NCBI GenBank assembly: GCA_965240325.2
Contig: OZ251229.1
Location: 248,001 to 312,000, forward strand
Origin: Rebecca billardiae RCC1528
Taxonomy: Eukaryota; Protista; Haptophyta
Direction of reading: 5' to 3'
Length of the DNA: 64,000 nt
Both the position numbers and the translations under genes were made by a program. Below, one piece after another: positions 33,711-43,917 of this stretch (positions are counted from its first letter, which is position 1; each line of letters starts with the position of its first letter). A model generated the notes under the pieces. That model searched no databases, was not told the origin of the DNA, and worked only from the letters and a program-made list of their open reading frames with translations.

Positions 33711-34964
33711 ATGCCGCCATTCGTCATGGTAGCGTGCTGCACACGGTGGCGCGCGGTGGTGCTGGTCATCGTCGCAGGCACGCCACTGTCGCCCTGCGTT
33801 GGCGCTCCCGCGCCGGTGGTGCACGGCGTCGGGCGGCCCCTCGCCACGGTCCACATTGGTCCGATGAAGACGGGGACGAGCACGATTCAGCGCGCGCTGC
33901 TTTACAACACGACGCAGTTGCAGCGCATCGCCGAGGCGGAGGACGGCCTCGACACGTCTCTCGGTACGAGACGTATCTCAGGGCATGCGGATCTTGCTCT
34001 CGCGCTACGCAAGCCCCGGCAGCTTGTCTCCGGGCGCCGCGCCCCGCGCGCTTGGCGCGACCTGCTGCGCATCATCGACTCGGCGCCGCGCGCGCTGCTC
34101 CTCTCGTCGGAGGACTTCTCCACTAGTCCGGGCGCGTGTCACGCGTGGCCGCTATTGCAGGTGCTTCCGCCGGCGTTCGACGTGCACTTTGTCATCGCGT
34201 ACCGTCGCGTCTTCGACTGGCTCGTCTCGGTGCATCACCAGCGCTTTCGAACCGACGGGAACAACAACCGCACGCCGCTTGATCTCGTGAGCGCAGCGCG
34301 CACGCACCTCACGCTCGGCGAGTGGCTTGGCGCGAGGCGGAGGCCTTCGGCGCGGGCCGAGTTCAACCGCTCGTACACGAGTGGTGCGTACGAGGCGTGG
34401 ACGCGCGAGGGCGCGCGCGTGGCGATCTTCAACGTGCACGAGAGTCCGGAGGTCCCGCTGCTGGAGCGCTTTGTGTGCGGGCACATGCGCGTGCCGCGCG
34501 CGTGCGCGTGGCTGCGCGACAGCGCGGAGGGCCGCGCGCTCGCGCTCAAGCGCGTGAACGACGGCGAGCCAGCCGCACGCAGGTACGTCGCTGACATCGC
34601 CCTCACCGCCGTGCGGGAGGGCGCCGTGCCTGCCGCCGCAGTCAACGGCACCGCCACGAAGCAGTTTGTGGACCGCATGGTGGCTGCGCATGCGGCGGGG
34701 CGCGTCGGGGGGGCTCTGCCCGTGGCGTGTGCGCCCGAGGCTGAGCTCGAGTGGGTGTGGAGCCTGAGCGTGCGCGAGGAGGCGCGCCTCGTGCCGGAGT
34801 GGCACGACGTCGCGCGGCTGCGCGGCGCGTACGAGGCGGCGCTCAACTCGACGGCCTTCTGCTGGGCGGACACTGCAGCAGCGCTGAGCCAGGGGGGCGC
34901 GTGGCTCGCCGTCCTGCTGCAGCCGCAGGCGCGGTCGCCCGGCGGCCCTGGCCGTGAGGCCTGA
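33711..34964 (+). CDS. Sulfotransferase-fold (P-loop) protein with a hydrophobic N-terminus
   Basis: VHIGPMKTGTSTIQ (5'-PSB-like), LLLSSEDFS, and VIAYRRVFDWLVS (3'-PB-like). Confidence 0.72.
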   Translation: MPPFVMVACCTRWRAVVLVIVAGTPLSPCVGAPAPVVHGVGRPLATVHIGPMKTGTSTIQRALLYNTTQLQRIAEAEDGLDTSLGTRRISGHADLALALRKPRQLVSGRRAPRAWRDLLRIIDSAPRALLLSSEDFSTSPGACHAWPLLQVLPPAFDVHFVIAYRRVFDWLVSVHHQRFRTDGNNNRTPLDLVSAARTHLTLGEWLGARRRPSARAEFNRSYTSGAYEAWTREGARVAIFNVHESPEVPLLERFVCGHMRVPRACAWLRDSAEGRALALKRVNDGEPAARRYVADIALTAVREGAVPAAAVNGTATKQFVDRMVAAHAAGRVGGALPVACAPEAELEWVWSLSVREEARLVPEWHDVARLRGAYEAALNSTAFCWADTAAALSQGGAWLAVLLQPQARSPGGPGREA

Positions 34965-35242
34965 CCGTAGCTAGTATAGTCAGCAGAGTCAGAGTAGAGT
35001 CAGCAGATGAGTCTCACGCGACTCGCGTGATGGACGACGACATGCATCATTGATGCATGTCATATATGCGCCATCAATATTCATCGACATCAATCATCAT
35101 CGCGTCATCGTCGGCGTCATCAGTTATTATTCAGTAGCAGCGCATTCTGACGACGCCGGCCCGGATGACGAATATGATGCGCTGGCAGTGCCGCGCCAGC
35201 TGGCACTCACACCGTGAGGCTCAGGAGTGAGGTGCCTCCCGG

Positions 35243-35309
35243 TGAGGCCTGAGCGCCCAGCACAGTGTACTCAGGTCCCGCCGCCTCGGCAGATTATTCC
35301 AAAAGCCGG
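35243..35309. mobile_element. Solo right-terminal remnant of the hAT element
   Basis: Matches ~17798-17851 with small insertions and ends in TTCCAAAAGCCGG (1 mismatch to the TIR), ~20 bp beyond the EFL1 stop. Confidence 0.65.
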
Positions 35310-35330
35310 CTGCTATCTGCTGACCGTCGG

Positions 35331-38300
35331 TCACTTCTTGCGCGCCTTGGTGCGCTGCTTGGTGCCGTGCTCGACGAGCTTCTCCTCGACGAGCAGCCCC
35401 TTGCGCCGCCGCGTGCTCACGATGTAGCTGCGCGCGCGGTTGCGCGACGTGTCGCGCTCGAACTCGTCGTCGTCGATCCTCGCCAGCCCCTCGCCCGGGT
35501 CCTCCTCCAGCAGCTGCCAGTGCGAGAAGAGCAGCTGCGGGTGCGCCGCGCCCGAGGTGGTCTTGCGCATCTCGGTCGCAAAGCCGAGCGACTCGGCGAC
35601 GGGGAGGAGCGCGCGCACGACGAAGAGCGGCGTGCCCTCGAGCGCCTCCTCCGACACGACGCGCGCGCGCCGCCGGCTCAGCGTGCCGTACATCTTGCCC
35701 AGCACCTCCTGCGCGCACTGCAGCTCGCACACGTACACGGCCTCAGCCAGCCGCGGCGCGCACTGCGCGTACGCGGCACGGCACGCGTCGCGCACCGCGG
35801 TGATGAGCTGGCCGGAGAGCGGCGCGCCGCCCGCGCTGCTGGCGTGGCGCGGCTCCGCGCCGTCCTCCGCGCGCGCCTCCTCCGCCCCGTGCAGCTCGAG
35901 CGCCTCGATGCTCACGCCCACGTCCGCCATCGGCTCCTCGCACAGCGGCCCCGCGCACACGCCCAACTGGAAGCCCGCCAGGCACGCAGGGCCGAGCGCG
36001 CCCAGGCTGGGCGGCGCGCCGGCGGGGGCGGCGGAGGAGGCGTCGGGCGCGGTGTCGGCGGTGTCGGCGGTGTCGGCGGCGGCGTCGGCGGCGGCGGCGG
36101 CGGCGCCGGCGTCCGCTCGCGCGCCCAGCGCCGACGCGAGCTGCGCGCACGCGAAGAGCACGCACGTCGCGTGCCGCGCCGAGCCGATGGCCAGCGGCGC
36201 GCAGCCGGCCGAGCCGCCCAGCTCGGGCGCGGCGCGCGCGTCCGCGGAGGGCGGCGGCTCGGCGGCCGCGAGGCGCTCGAGCGCGGCGCGCGCGTGGGCG
36301 GAGAGCCCGCCCTCGTCCGGCTCCGCCGCGCCCGCCTCGCCCCCCGCCCCCGCCTCCGCCTCGGCGCGCTCGCCGCCGCCGCCAAAGCCGCCGCCGACGA
36401 GGCCGGCGCGCGCGCTCAGCCAGCGCGCCGCGTGCGGGTGCAGCGGCCGTACCGCCACGCGCACGCTGCAGCGGCGGTCGGCGGTGGCGCGCGTGGCGAC
36501 GCCCGAGGAGCCGGGCAGCACGGTCTCGCGGAACGGGATCAGCGGCGCGCTCACGCGCAGCTCGATCCCCGCCGCGAAGTCCTCCGCCAGGTCGCGCAGG
36601 CAGCGCTCCAGGTGCACCTCACCGCAGCAGCCCAACACGGACCCGCCCGTCGGCTCGACCTCGAGCGCTGCGGATGGGTCGGCCTGGTGCAGGCGGCGGA
36701 GGGCGAGGGCGAGGGCGGAGGAGTCGGCGGGGCGGGCGGGCTCGATCGCGACGCGCACGATCGGCGCGCCCACCGCCGCGCCCTCCGACCACAGCTCGCG
36801 GAACGGGCGCAGCCCGCGCGCGCTCGACAGCGTGGCCGCGCGCCGCACGTGCGCGCCCAGCCCTCCGAGTGCGCACAGACTGCCCGCAGGCACGCTGTCC
36901 ACAGGCACCAGGTCGCGGCCCATCATGAGGTAGGGCTGGACGAGGCCCTCGGGCACGTCGTGCGCGCTCGCGCTCGGGGGCGCGCCGCCCGCCGCGCCCG
37001 AGCCCTCCGCCGCGCCGGGCGCGTCGGCGCCGGGCGCGCCCGCCGCCGCGGCGCCGGCCGCGCCGCCGCCCGCGTGCGCCGCGCTCGCGCCGCCCGCCGT
37101 CGCGATCGTCAGCGGCTGCCGCGCGCGCAGCGTGCCGGCGTACACGCGCGCGAAGCCGACGGCGTCCTCGCCGCGCGCGTTGACGAACATCTTGGAGATG
37201 TGCACGACCACGTGCTCCGCGAGCGGGTCGCACGCCGCGACCATCTCGCGCGCGCGCCGCTCGACCGCGCTCAGCGCCGCGCCGGCGCCGCCCGGCCGCG
37301 CCGCGCCGCGCGCGCCGCGCGGCAGCGGCCAGAACGCGCGGATGCGCGCGCGCTGCGCGGCGGCGGCGGGCGGGACGTGCGCGAGCACGGCGGCGAGCAC
37401 GGCGTCGGCGAGCGGCAGCCAGCTCGACAACACGCCGCGCACGCGCACCGCCGCGTCCGCCGAGCGCAGCTCCGCGGCGGGCGGCGAGATGTGCAGCGCG
37501 CTCAGCACCCTGCCGAGCTCGTCCGAGCACCCGCCGTCCGGGGGCGCGTCGGCGGCGGCGGCGTGCGCGCGCCAGAGGGTGGCGAGCGCGAGCTGCGCGA
37601 AGGCGGGCTTGAGCCTGCCCCCCGCCGAGTCGCGCGTGAACCCCTTCGCCTTCGCCGACCAGTGCCAGCCGCCCCACATGTGCGCGGCCACCTCGTCCGC
37701 GGGCACGCCCAGCCGCGGCGCCGCCAGCTCCGCAAACGTGCGCGGCGCAAACGCCCAGCCGTGCAGCGCCGAGCCGAAGAGCACGTTGCCCTGCTCGGGC
37801 GCGAAGCCCTCGAACGAGCCCGCCCCCGCGCCCTCGCCCGCGCCGCCCTCCGCGCCGTCCATCGTGCGGTAGTGCTCGAGCGACGCAAAGCCGCCCAGCA
37901 GCGCGTTCAGCTGGTCGACGATGCGGCAGAGGTGGGCGTGCGCCTCGTCGGGGCTGAGGCGGAGCTCGGTGATCAGCCGGTCGATCTTGTTCACGAAGAG
38001 CACCGGCGAGAGCCGCTCGCGCCAGATCTCCTGCAGCACCGTGTGCGTCTGCACGCACACGCCCTCGACCGCGTCCACGACGAGCACCGCGCCGTCCGCG
38101 AGCCGCACGGCGCTCGAGACCTCCGAGCCGAAGTCGACGTGGCCGGGCGAGTCGACGAGGTTGATCAGCTCGCGCTGCGCCGCGCCGCCCGCCCCCTCGC
38201 GCCGCGCGTCGTACAGCAGCGCGATCGCCGACGACTTCATCGTGATGCCCCTGTCCTGCTCGTCCAGCCTCGAGTCCAGGTAGCGCATGCGGCCGGCCTG

Positions 38301-38444
38301 GCGCTGCGAGATGATGCCGTTGGACGAGATGAGCGAGTCGGAGAGCGAGGTCTTGCCGTGGTCCACGTGCGCAAGGATGCAGATGTTGCGCACGTGCGCC
38401 GGGTCGTCCTGCAGCGCGCGCAGCTCCTCCGCCTTCGGCGGCAT
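35331..38444 (-). CDS. EFL1: Elongation factor-like GTPase 1 (Ria1), 60S maturation; intronless
   Basis: RNICILAHVDHGKT, RYLDSRLDEQDRGITMKSSAI, DSPGHVDFGSEVSSA, NKID; C-terminal RKTTSGAAHPQLLFSHW and KQRTKARKK. Confidence 0.95.
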   Translation of the reverse strand: MPPKAEELRALQDDPAHVRNICILAHVDHGKTSLSDSLISSNGIISQRQAGRMRYLDSRLDEQDRGITMKSSAIALLYDARREGAGGAAQRELINLVDSPGHVDFGSEVSSAVRLADGAVLVVDAVEGVCVQTHTVLQEIWRERLSPVLFVNKIDRLITELRLSPDEAHAHLCRIVDQLNALLGGFASLEHYRTMDGAEGGAGEGAGAGSFEGFAPEQGNVLFGSALHGWAFAPRTFAELAAPRLGVPADEVAAHMWGGWHWSAKAKGFTRDSAGGRLKPAFAQLALATLWRAHAAAADAPPDGGCSDELGRVLSALHISPPAAELRSADAAVRVRGVLSSWLPLADAVLAAVLAHVPPAAAAQRARIRAFWPLPRGARGAARPGGAGAALSAVERRAREMVAACDPLAEHVVVHISKMFVNARGEDAVGFARVYAGTLRARQPLTIATAGGASAAHAGGGAAGAAAAGAPGADAPGAAEGSGAAGGAPPSASAHDVPEGLVQPYLMMGRDLVPVDSVPAGSLCALGGLGAHVRRAATLSSARGLRPFRELWSEGAAVGAPIVRVAIEPARPADSSALALALRRLHQADPSAALEVEPTGGSVLGCCGEVHLERCLRDLAEDFAAGIELRVSAPLIPFRETVLPGSSGVATRATADRRCSVRVAVRPLHPHAARWLSARAGLVGGGFGGGGERAEAEAGAGGEAGAAEPDEGGLSAHARAALERLAAAEPPPSADARAAPELGGSAGCAPLAIGSARHATCVLFACAQLASALGARADAGAAAAAADAAADTADTADTAPDASSAAPAGAPPSLGALGPACLAGFQLGVCAGPLCEEPMADVGVSIEALELHGAEEARAEDGAEPRHASSAGGAPLSGQLITAVRDACRAAYAQCAPRLAEAVYVCELQCAQEVLGKMYGTLSRRRARVVSEEALEGTPLFVVRALLPVAESLGFATEMRKTTSGAAHPQLLFSHWQLLEEDPGEGLARIDDDEFERDTSRNRARSYIVSTRRRKGLLVEEKLVEHGTKQRTKARKK

Positions 38445-38738
38445 GGCGGATGCCTCCTTGTACCCAGCAGCGCGCCGCGTCCACGGGACAGGGCTGCACA
38501 ACAAGGGCGATGGGTCTTCGACGCGATTCTCATCATTGTCATCAGTTCTCGGCAGCGCGGCAGATGATTCGCTCTCAACGTCGAGCGGAGACGTCTTTCC
38601 GCGGCCCGCGCGGTGGTTTTTCCATCTCGTATTCTCGTTATCGTCGCGAGTTCATCGTATTCTTGCGTCCATCACTTTCACCCCAGCTGGCTGGCGATCA
38701 CGGTCGGGCACGGCCGGCGCGACCCGCGGCCGCGACCG

Positions 38739-39726
38739 ATGGGGGCGGCGGGAGACCCCATGGTGACCGTCGGCGCGGGCGTGGTGGAGGCCGCGGGAGG
38801 CGCCGCGCGCTCGCTCGTCGAGGTGCTGCCCGACGAGCTCCTCGAGCGCATCTGCGCGCTGCTGCTGCACGACGTGTGCGGCGTGACGCACCTCACGCGG
38901 CTGCGGCTGTGCTGCCGCCGGCTGCACGCGCTGATGGGCACGGCGTTCGTCACGCAGCGCGCGCTCGAGCACCTCGCCCCTTCGGGCTGCGTCTCGCTCG
39001 AGCACCTCGCCATCCACGAGGAGCTCCTCAACATCGGCTCGAACCGCGTCGCCTTCTTCTCGGCCACGTCGTCGATGTACAAGGGCTCGCGCGCGCGCGT
39101 GCGCGACTTTGCGATGCTGCTCGTGCGGCACAAGCGGCTGGCCGTCGAGGTGCACGCGCACACGGGTGCGCGCCGCGCGGCCCGTCGCGCCGGCGCGCCG
39201 CCGCTCGCCGCCGCGCCGCCGCGCCTGCCGCGACGAGGCCGGCGCGAGCCCGCCGCGCGCGCGCCGGCGCGCACCTGCTCATGCGCGCGCCGCCCGTGCG
39301 CGCACGCGCGCGCGCGCGTCGCGACGGCGGGCTCGAGCAGGCATCCGAGCCCCGAGCGTGATCGCGCCGGGCTTCACGCGCGAGCGCGCGCGCGCCGTGC
39401 AGGAGGAGCTCGAGGCGTGCGGCGTGGAGGAGGCGCGCGTGTCCATCACCGGCTGGGGCAAGAAGGTCGCGGCCGCGGCCGGCTGGCACCCTGGCAAGGA
39501 GTCGGCGCGCGCCGAGCTCTTCTTCAGCGTGGACGGCGTGACGTTCCCGCCGCGACCGCGCGCGTACTCCTCGGCGGGCGTGCCGCCCATCGACGGCGCC
39601 GAGTCCGACGGCCACCTCTCCTCGCTGCACTCGTACTCGGACTACTCCGACTCGGACGCGGCGCGCGGCGGCGAGGCGGACGAGTCGTCCGAGACGGGCG
39701 CAGAGACGGTGGGGAGCCAGGCATGA
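38739..39726 (+). CDS. F-box protein with an OmpA/MotB C-terminal-like domain; intron 39166-39340
   Basis: F-box LPDELLERICALL...LRLCCRRLH. After splicing: VAFFSATSSM...LAVEVHAHTG...RERARAVQEELEACGVEEARVSITGWG...RAELFF. Confidence 0.75.
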
Positions 39727-40481
39727 CGCCGGCCCGCCCGCGTGTGCGCAGGCGCGAGCGCACGCGCGCGAGGGCACGCTGCGTGCGACGACGCGCCCGC
39801 GCGGTGGGCCGTCGCAGCGCAATGTCAGGACGCCGACGATGTACAAGCTCGTGCACGATGTACAATCGTGCAGCAAGAGAAGACGCCGGTGAGGCTGAAT
39901 CGAACAGCTCGGATTGTTACTCCGCTACGGATTTGAAGTCCGCACCCCAAACCATTGAGGGTCACCCCGGCCCCACTACACCACCGCCGATGCAGTTGAC
40001 GTAACTCAACAACTCCGGAGCAGGCGTATAAGTACTTTGGTATACAGTAGCAGTAGGTGGACGTGAGTTCGTGAGCATCGTGCGTCTTCGCTCGTCAACC
40101 GACAACTTGTAGATCGACTACCCTCATATGGGTAATGCCAGATCCATAAATAATGACAGCCGCCTGGGAAATCTCCTGCATGAGCCTTTGACGACTAATG
40201 ACGAGACTGAATCCCTGGCAGTTACAACTCCGGTCATTCCGGGGCACGAGCTAATGCGCCGCCCACCGCGGCAAAGCGGCACCTCTTGCACCGAGTCGCG
40301 GCCTTTGCAGGCAAAACGGGCTTGGCGGTGGGTGCACGCCCCCCCCCAAAGCTCCAGAGACCCGCGCCGCGGGTGAGGGAGGCGCTCGAGGCGGGGTGGC
40401 GTGGGCGTACACGTCCGCCGCCGCGCGCCGAGCGAGTCGGTGACCATCACAGACCTCACCACCGCCGTCGCGCCCGTCGCG

Positions 40482-41888
40482 ATGGCCGTCGCGTCCGCGG
40501 CCGACGACGACGAGTCCAAGGTGGCGCACGCGTGCTCCGAGATGAGCCGCCATTTCCTCACGATCATGGAGGCGCACAAGGAGCTGACCGAGGAGCCGTC
40601 GTCGAATCGGCAGGCGAAGAAGACGTCCAACCTGATCGAGTCGCTCCTCACCAGCGTCGTCAAGCAGCTCATGTCGTACGAGGGCACGCGCGGGCTGGCG
40701 AGTGCGGTCGTGCGCTCGAGCGGCGCGGTGAGCGACGCGGGCGTGCAGGTGACGCCGGGCCAGTTCGCGATGCAGCGCGTGTCGCCGTTCGCGCAGAGCA
40801 ATCGCGTGCCCATCTGGGAGCGCGGCATCGAGTGGGAGAGGCGGCGGCAGCAGAAGCTCGCCGAGTGGCGGCAGCAGAAGGAGCAGCAGGAGCTCTCGCT
40901 CGCCGACCGGCCGCGCAACATGGACTCGCGCTGGGCGCACGTGCAGTCGGTGATGAAGATGGAGCGGCTGCGCGAGGAGGAGGAGGCGCGGCAGGCGGCG
41001 GAGGAGGCGCAGCGCCAGGCCGAGGCCGACGCCTTCGCCGAGGCGCAGCGCCAGGCGCGCGCCCTCGCCGAGCAGGAGCTGCGCGCGCAGGCGGAGCGAG
41101 ACGACGCCGAGATCGAGGCGGCCATCAAGGCGGAGGCGGAGGAGATGGCGCGGCGCGCGGCGGAGGCGGCGCGGCGCGCGCGCGAGGAGGCGGAGCGCAA
41201 GCGGAAGGAGGCCGAGGCGGACGCGCGCACCGTCCGCGCCGCCTTCGGGCACAAGGGCCTCGAGCGGCGCGGCTCGATGCCGACCAAGCTCGCGTGGCGC
41301 GTCTCCTCGCCCGACCTGCTGAGCGGCAACGTGATGCACGAGTACCGCGTCAAGGACACGCTCACGCGCACCAAGGGCGTGTCCTTCGTGATGGGGCAGA
41401 CGCGGGACTCGTCGGACGACGTGGTGCAGGTCGTGCTCTTCGACAAGGCCGAGTTCGACGAGGTGCGCGCCGCCAAGTGGTGGGCCGAGCACGAGCACAA
41501 ATTCAAAAACCAGATCAAAAAGGCCGGCACGGCGCTGCCCAAGCTGAGCCACACCGTCACGCAGCTGGTCGACAAGGAGGCGCAGCGCCGCGCGTCGCTG
41601 CCCGCGCCGGGCTCGCCCGCCGCGCTCGCCGGGCCGCTCGCGGGCAAGAACGGCGCGGGCGCGGGCGCGGGCGCGCCCCCGTTCGGCGGCCGCCCCATCA
41701 AGATGACCTCCGGCCCGATCAGGCCGATCGGCCTGCCGCCCGCCGCGCCGGTGATGGGCGGCGGGCCGGGCGGCGCGTCGCCGCGGCTGCCGCTCGGCGC
41801 GATGGGCGAGCGCGAGGGCGGCTCGAGGCCCGGCTCGGGCAAGCTCGGGGGGGCGGCGCGCGCGATGGCCTCGACGGTCCCGCGCTGA
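40482..41888 (+). CDS. Hypothetical coiled-coil protein with a small globular C-terminal domain
   Basis: Long E/A/R-rich helix followed by KGVSFVMG...VQVVLFDKAEFDEVRAAKWWAEH; strong GC3 bias. Confidence 0.75.
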   Translation: MAVASAADDDESKVAHACSEMSRHFLTIMEAHKELTEEPSSNRQAKKTSNLIESLLTSVVKQLMSYEGTRGLASAVVRSSGAVSDAGVQVTPGQFAMQRVSPFAQSNRVPIWERGIEWERRRQQKLAEWRQQKEQQELSLADRPRNMDSRWAHVQSVMKMERLREEEEARQAAEEAQRQAEADAFAEAQRQARALAEQELRAQAERDDAEIEAAIKAEAEEMARRAAEAARRAREEAERKRKEAEADARTVRAAFGHKGLERRGSMPTKLAWRVSSPDLLSGNVMHEYRVKDTLTRTKGVSFVMGQTRDSSDDVVQVVLFDKAEFDEVRAAKWWAEHEHKFKNQIKKAGTALPKLSHTVTQLVDKEAQRRASLPAPGSPAALAGPLAGKNGAGAGAGAPPFGGRPIKMTSGPIRPIGLPPAAPVMGGGPGGASPRLPLGAMGEREGGSRPGSGKLGGAARAMASTVPR

Positions 41889-42911
41889 GACGCCGCAGCC
41901 GCCGCCTCAGCCGCGCCGAGACGCGCCGAGACGCGCCGCCGCTGCGGCGCCTAGCCTGCCAAGCGCGCACCCGCGCGCGAACGCGGCGCTGCGCGCTCTC
42001 TGCGCTGCGGCGCGCGGGCAGCGCACGGGGCGAGCGGAGGAGGGCCGCGCTAGCAGCTGGCGGCCCTCGCGTGCGCGCTGCACGCGCTGGGGAGTGGTGC
42101 GCGCCCACGCGCTCGTCACCAGCCGCGCATCCACCACGCATCCTACATGCACATGTCACCGTGTAAGCTGCCGCCGCCGCAGGACATTGCGGCGGCATCG
42201 GCGCGCGGGGCGGCGTCCAGGCAGCCGGCCGAGACGCGGCCCACAAACGACAGAGAGCCGTCGCGACCGTCCCGCTGGGGATCCGAAGCGCTCTTTGGCA
42301 AGTGACACGCGCGAACTGCCCCGGGCTTCGCCTGCGACTGCGTCTCGTTTGGTCATTGCTGGTTTCGATCGCGGACCGGGTCACGTCGTCACGTACGTGA
42401 CTTGATCACACACACGGCACCATGTCCGAGTGTCCGTGACCGGGCCCGGCGCCGCCAACGTACTGCGCAGGATCGATATGCCCACGCGCGGTCGACGCAC
42501 GCTGCAGTATCAGTAGTACTACGCGTCAATAATGATTAATGTGTGATGTAGTATATATATATGCATATCGTCACTCCAGGCGGGCCGACTGAATCGACTG
42601 ATGCCCGATGAGTGGCAGTGCACTCGCCAGCGGCAGGCGCAGCAGCTCGGCGCCTCGCCCTCGGGGGTGGCGCCTGGCGCGGCTGGGGGTCCGGCCGCCC
42701 GGCCTCGCGCGGCCGGTACTCACTCACTCAGTGACTGGCGGTAGCCCTATGTCCCGCCAGTGACCCAGCAGTCCCGGCGCTACTCCCGGCCACGGGCGAG
42801 GGCGCTGGGCGGGCTCGGCAGGCTGCATCATCGTCGTTGCGTCTGCGTGGTGTGGGCCACGCACGCGGCCGGAAGCAAGCGCCGCCTAGTAGCCGATGCG
42901 TGCGCTCCTCG

Positions 42912-43754
42912 CTAGTCGCGATGCGCGTGACGCCCGTCGCCGGGGCTGGGCTGCGGCGGGCCGGCAGCGCTGCGAGGTGGCGGGCAGAAGGTGGCGTAGG
43001 ACGCACGCACGCTCGAGACGAAGCGCGCGCGCTCCTCTGCAGAGGTCGAGTCGATCGCGTAGAGGCCGTGCCACGAGACGGTGCACCGCGGGTGCAGCAG
43101 GTGCAACAGGTAGCGTGTGATGAGCGCGCGCGCGCCGTCCCCGCAGCTGCCGACCACGGCCCGGCTGCAGCCGTAAGTGCTGACCACGCCCACCTTCTGA
43201 ATGTGCTGCAGCTTGGGCACCAGCCCGATGGGCGAGGCGCGGCGGCCCTCGCACGGCAGGCCGAACGCCACGCCGGGCAGGAGCACACGGTCGAAGAACC
43301 CCTTGAGCACCGCAGGGAAGCCCATCCACCACGTCGGATAGCAGAGCACGAGCGCGTCCGCGCGGCACACCGCCTCGACCAGCGGCGCGACGTCTGCGGC
43401 CGGCGGCGGGTAGTAGGAGGAGTCGGTGCGCGAGAGCTGGCGGCGGGTGCTGTACGCGCCGTGCTCCGCCGCCGAGAGGTGCGCACGCAGCGGCTCGCCG
43501 TCCGAGCAGCTGTGCAGCGACAGCACGCGCACCTGGTGGCCCGCGCTGCGCATCGCATCAGCGGCCGCCTCGGCGAGCGCGGCGCAGAACGAGTCTTTGC
43601 GCGGGTGCGCGTGCACGAGGAGCACATTCCAACCGCCGTCCTTAGGCTCGCCGTAGTGCGGAGGCGGCGGCACGACGCCCCCGGTGAGGCGATTCACCCG
43701 CACAAGCAGGCGTGTGAGCAGACGCCACAGCAGCGCGAGCAGCGTGACCACCAT
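42912..43754 (-). CDS. Flavodoxin-2 fold NAD(P)H:quinone oxidoreductase-like protein
   Basis: VLLVHAHPRKDSFCAAL and ADALVLCYPTWWMGFPAVLKGFFDRV motifs. Confidence 0.9.
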   Translation of the reverse strand: MVVTLLALLWRLLTRLLVRVNRLTGGVVPPPPHYGEPKDGGWNVLLVHAHPRKDSFCAALAEAAADAMRSAGHQVRVLSLHSCSDGEPLRAHLSAAEHGAYSTRRQLSRTDSSYYPPPAADVAPLVEAVCRADALVLCYPTWWMGFPAVLKGFFDRVLLPGVAFGLPCEGRRASPIGLVPKLQHIQKVGVVSTYGCSRAVVGSCGDGARALITRYLLHLLHPRCTVSWHGLYAIDSTSAEERARFVSSVRASYATFCPPPRSAAGPPQPSPGDGRHAHRD

Positions 43755-43917
43755 CGTGTCCCCGCTCCAGTTAGCCGCTGTAATCACTAGTAAGTACGCG
43801 CCTTTAATTTTTTTGTAAAGGTGCGCTGTCGAGCATGACAACGTGGCATTCGGGCATTCGGCTCAGGCGGGCGCAACAATCAAGTTACCGAGTCAGCGGC
43901 GCGATCATCATCAGTCA

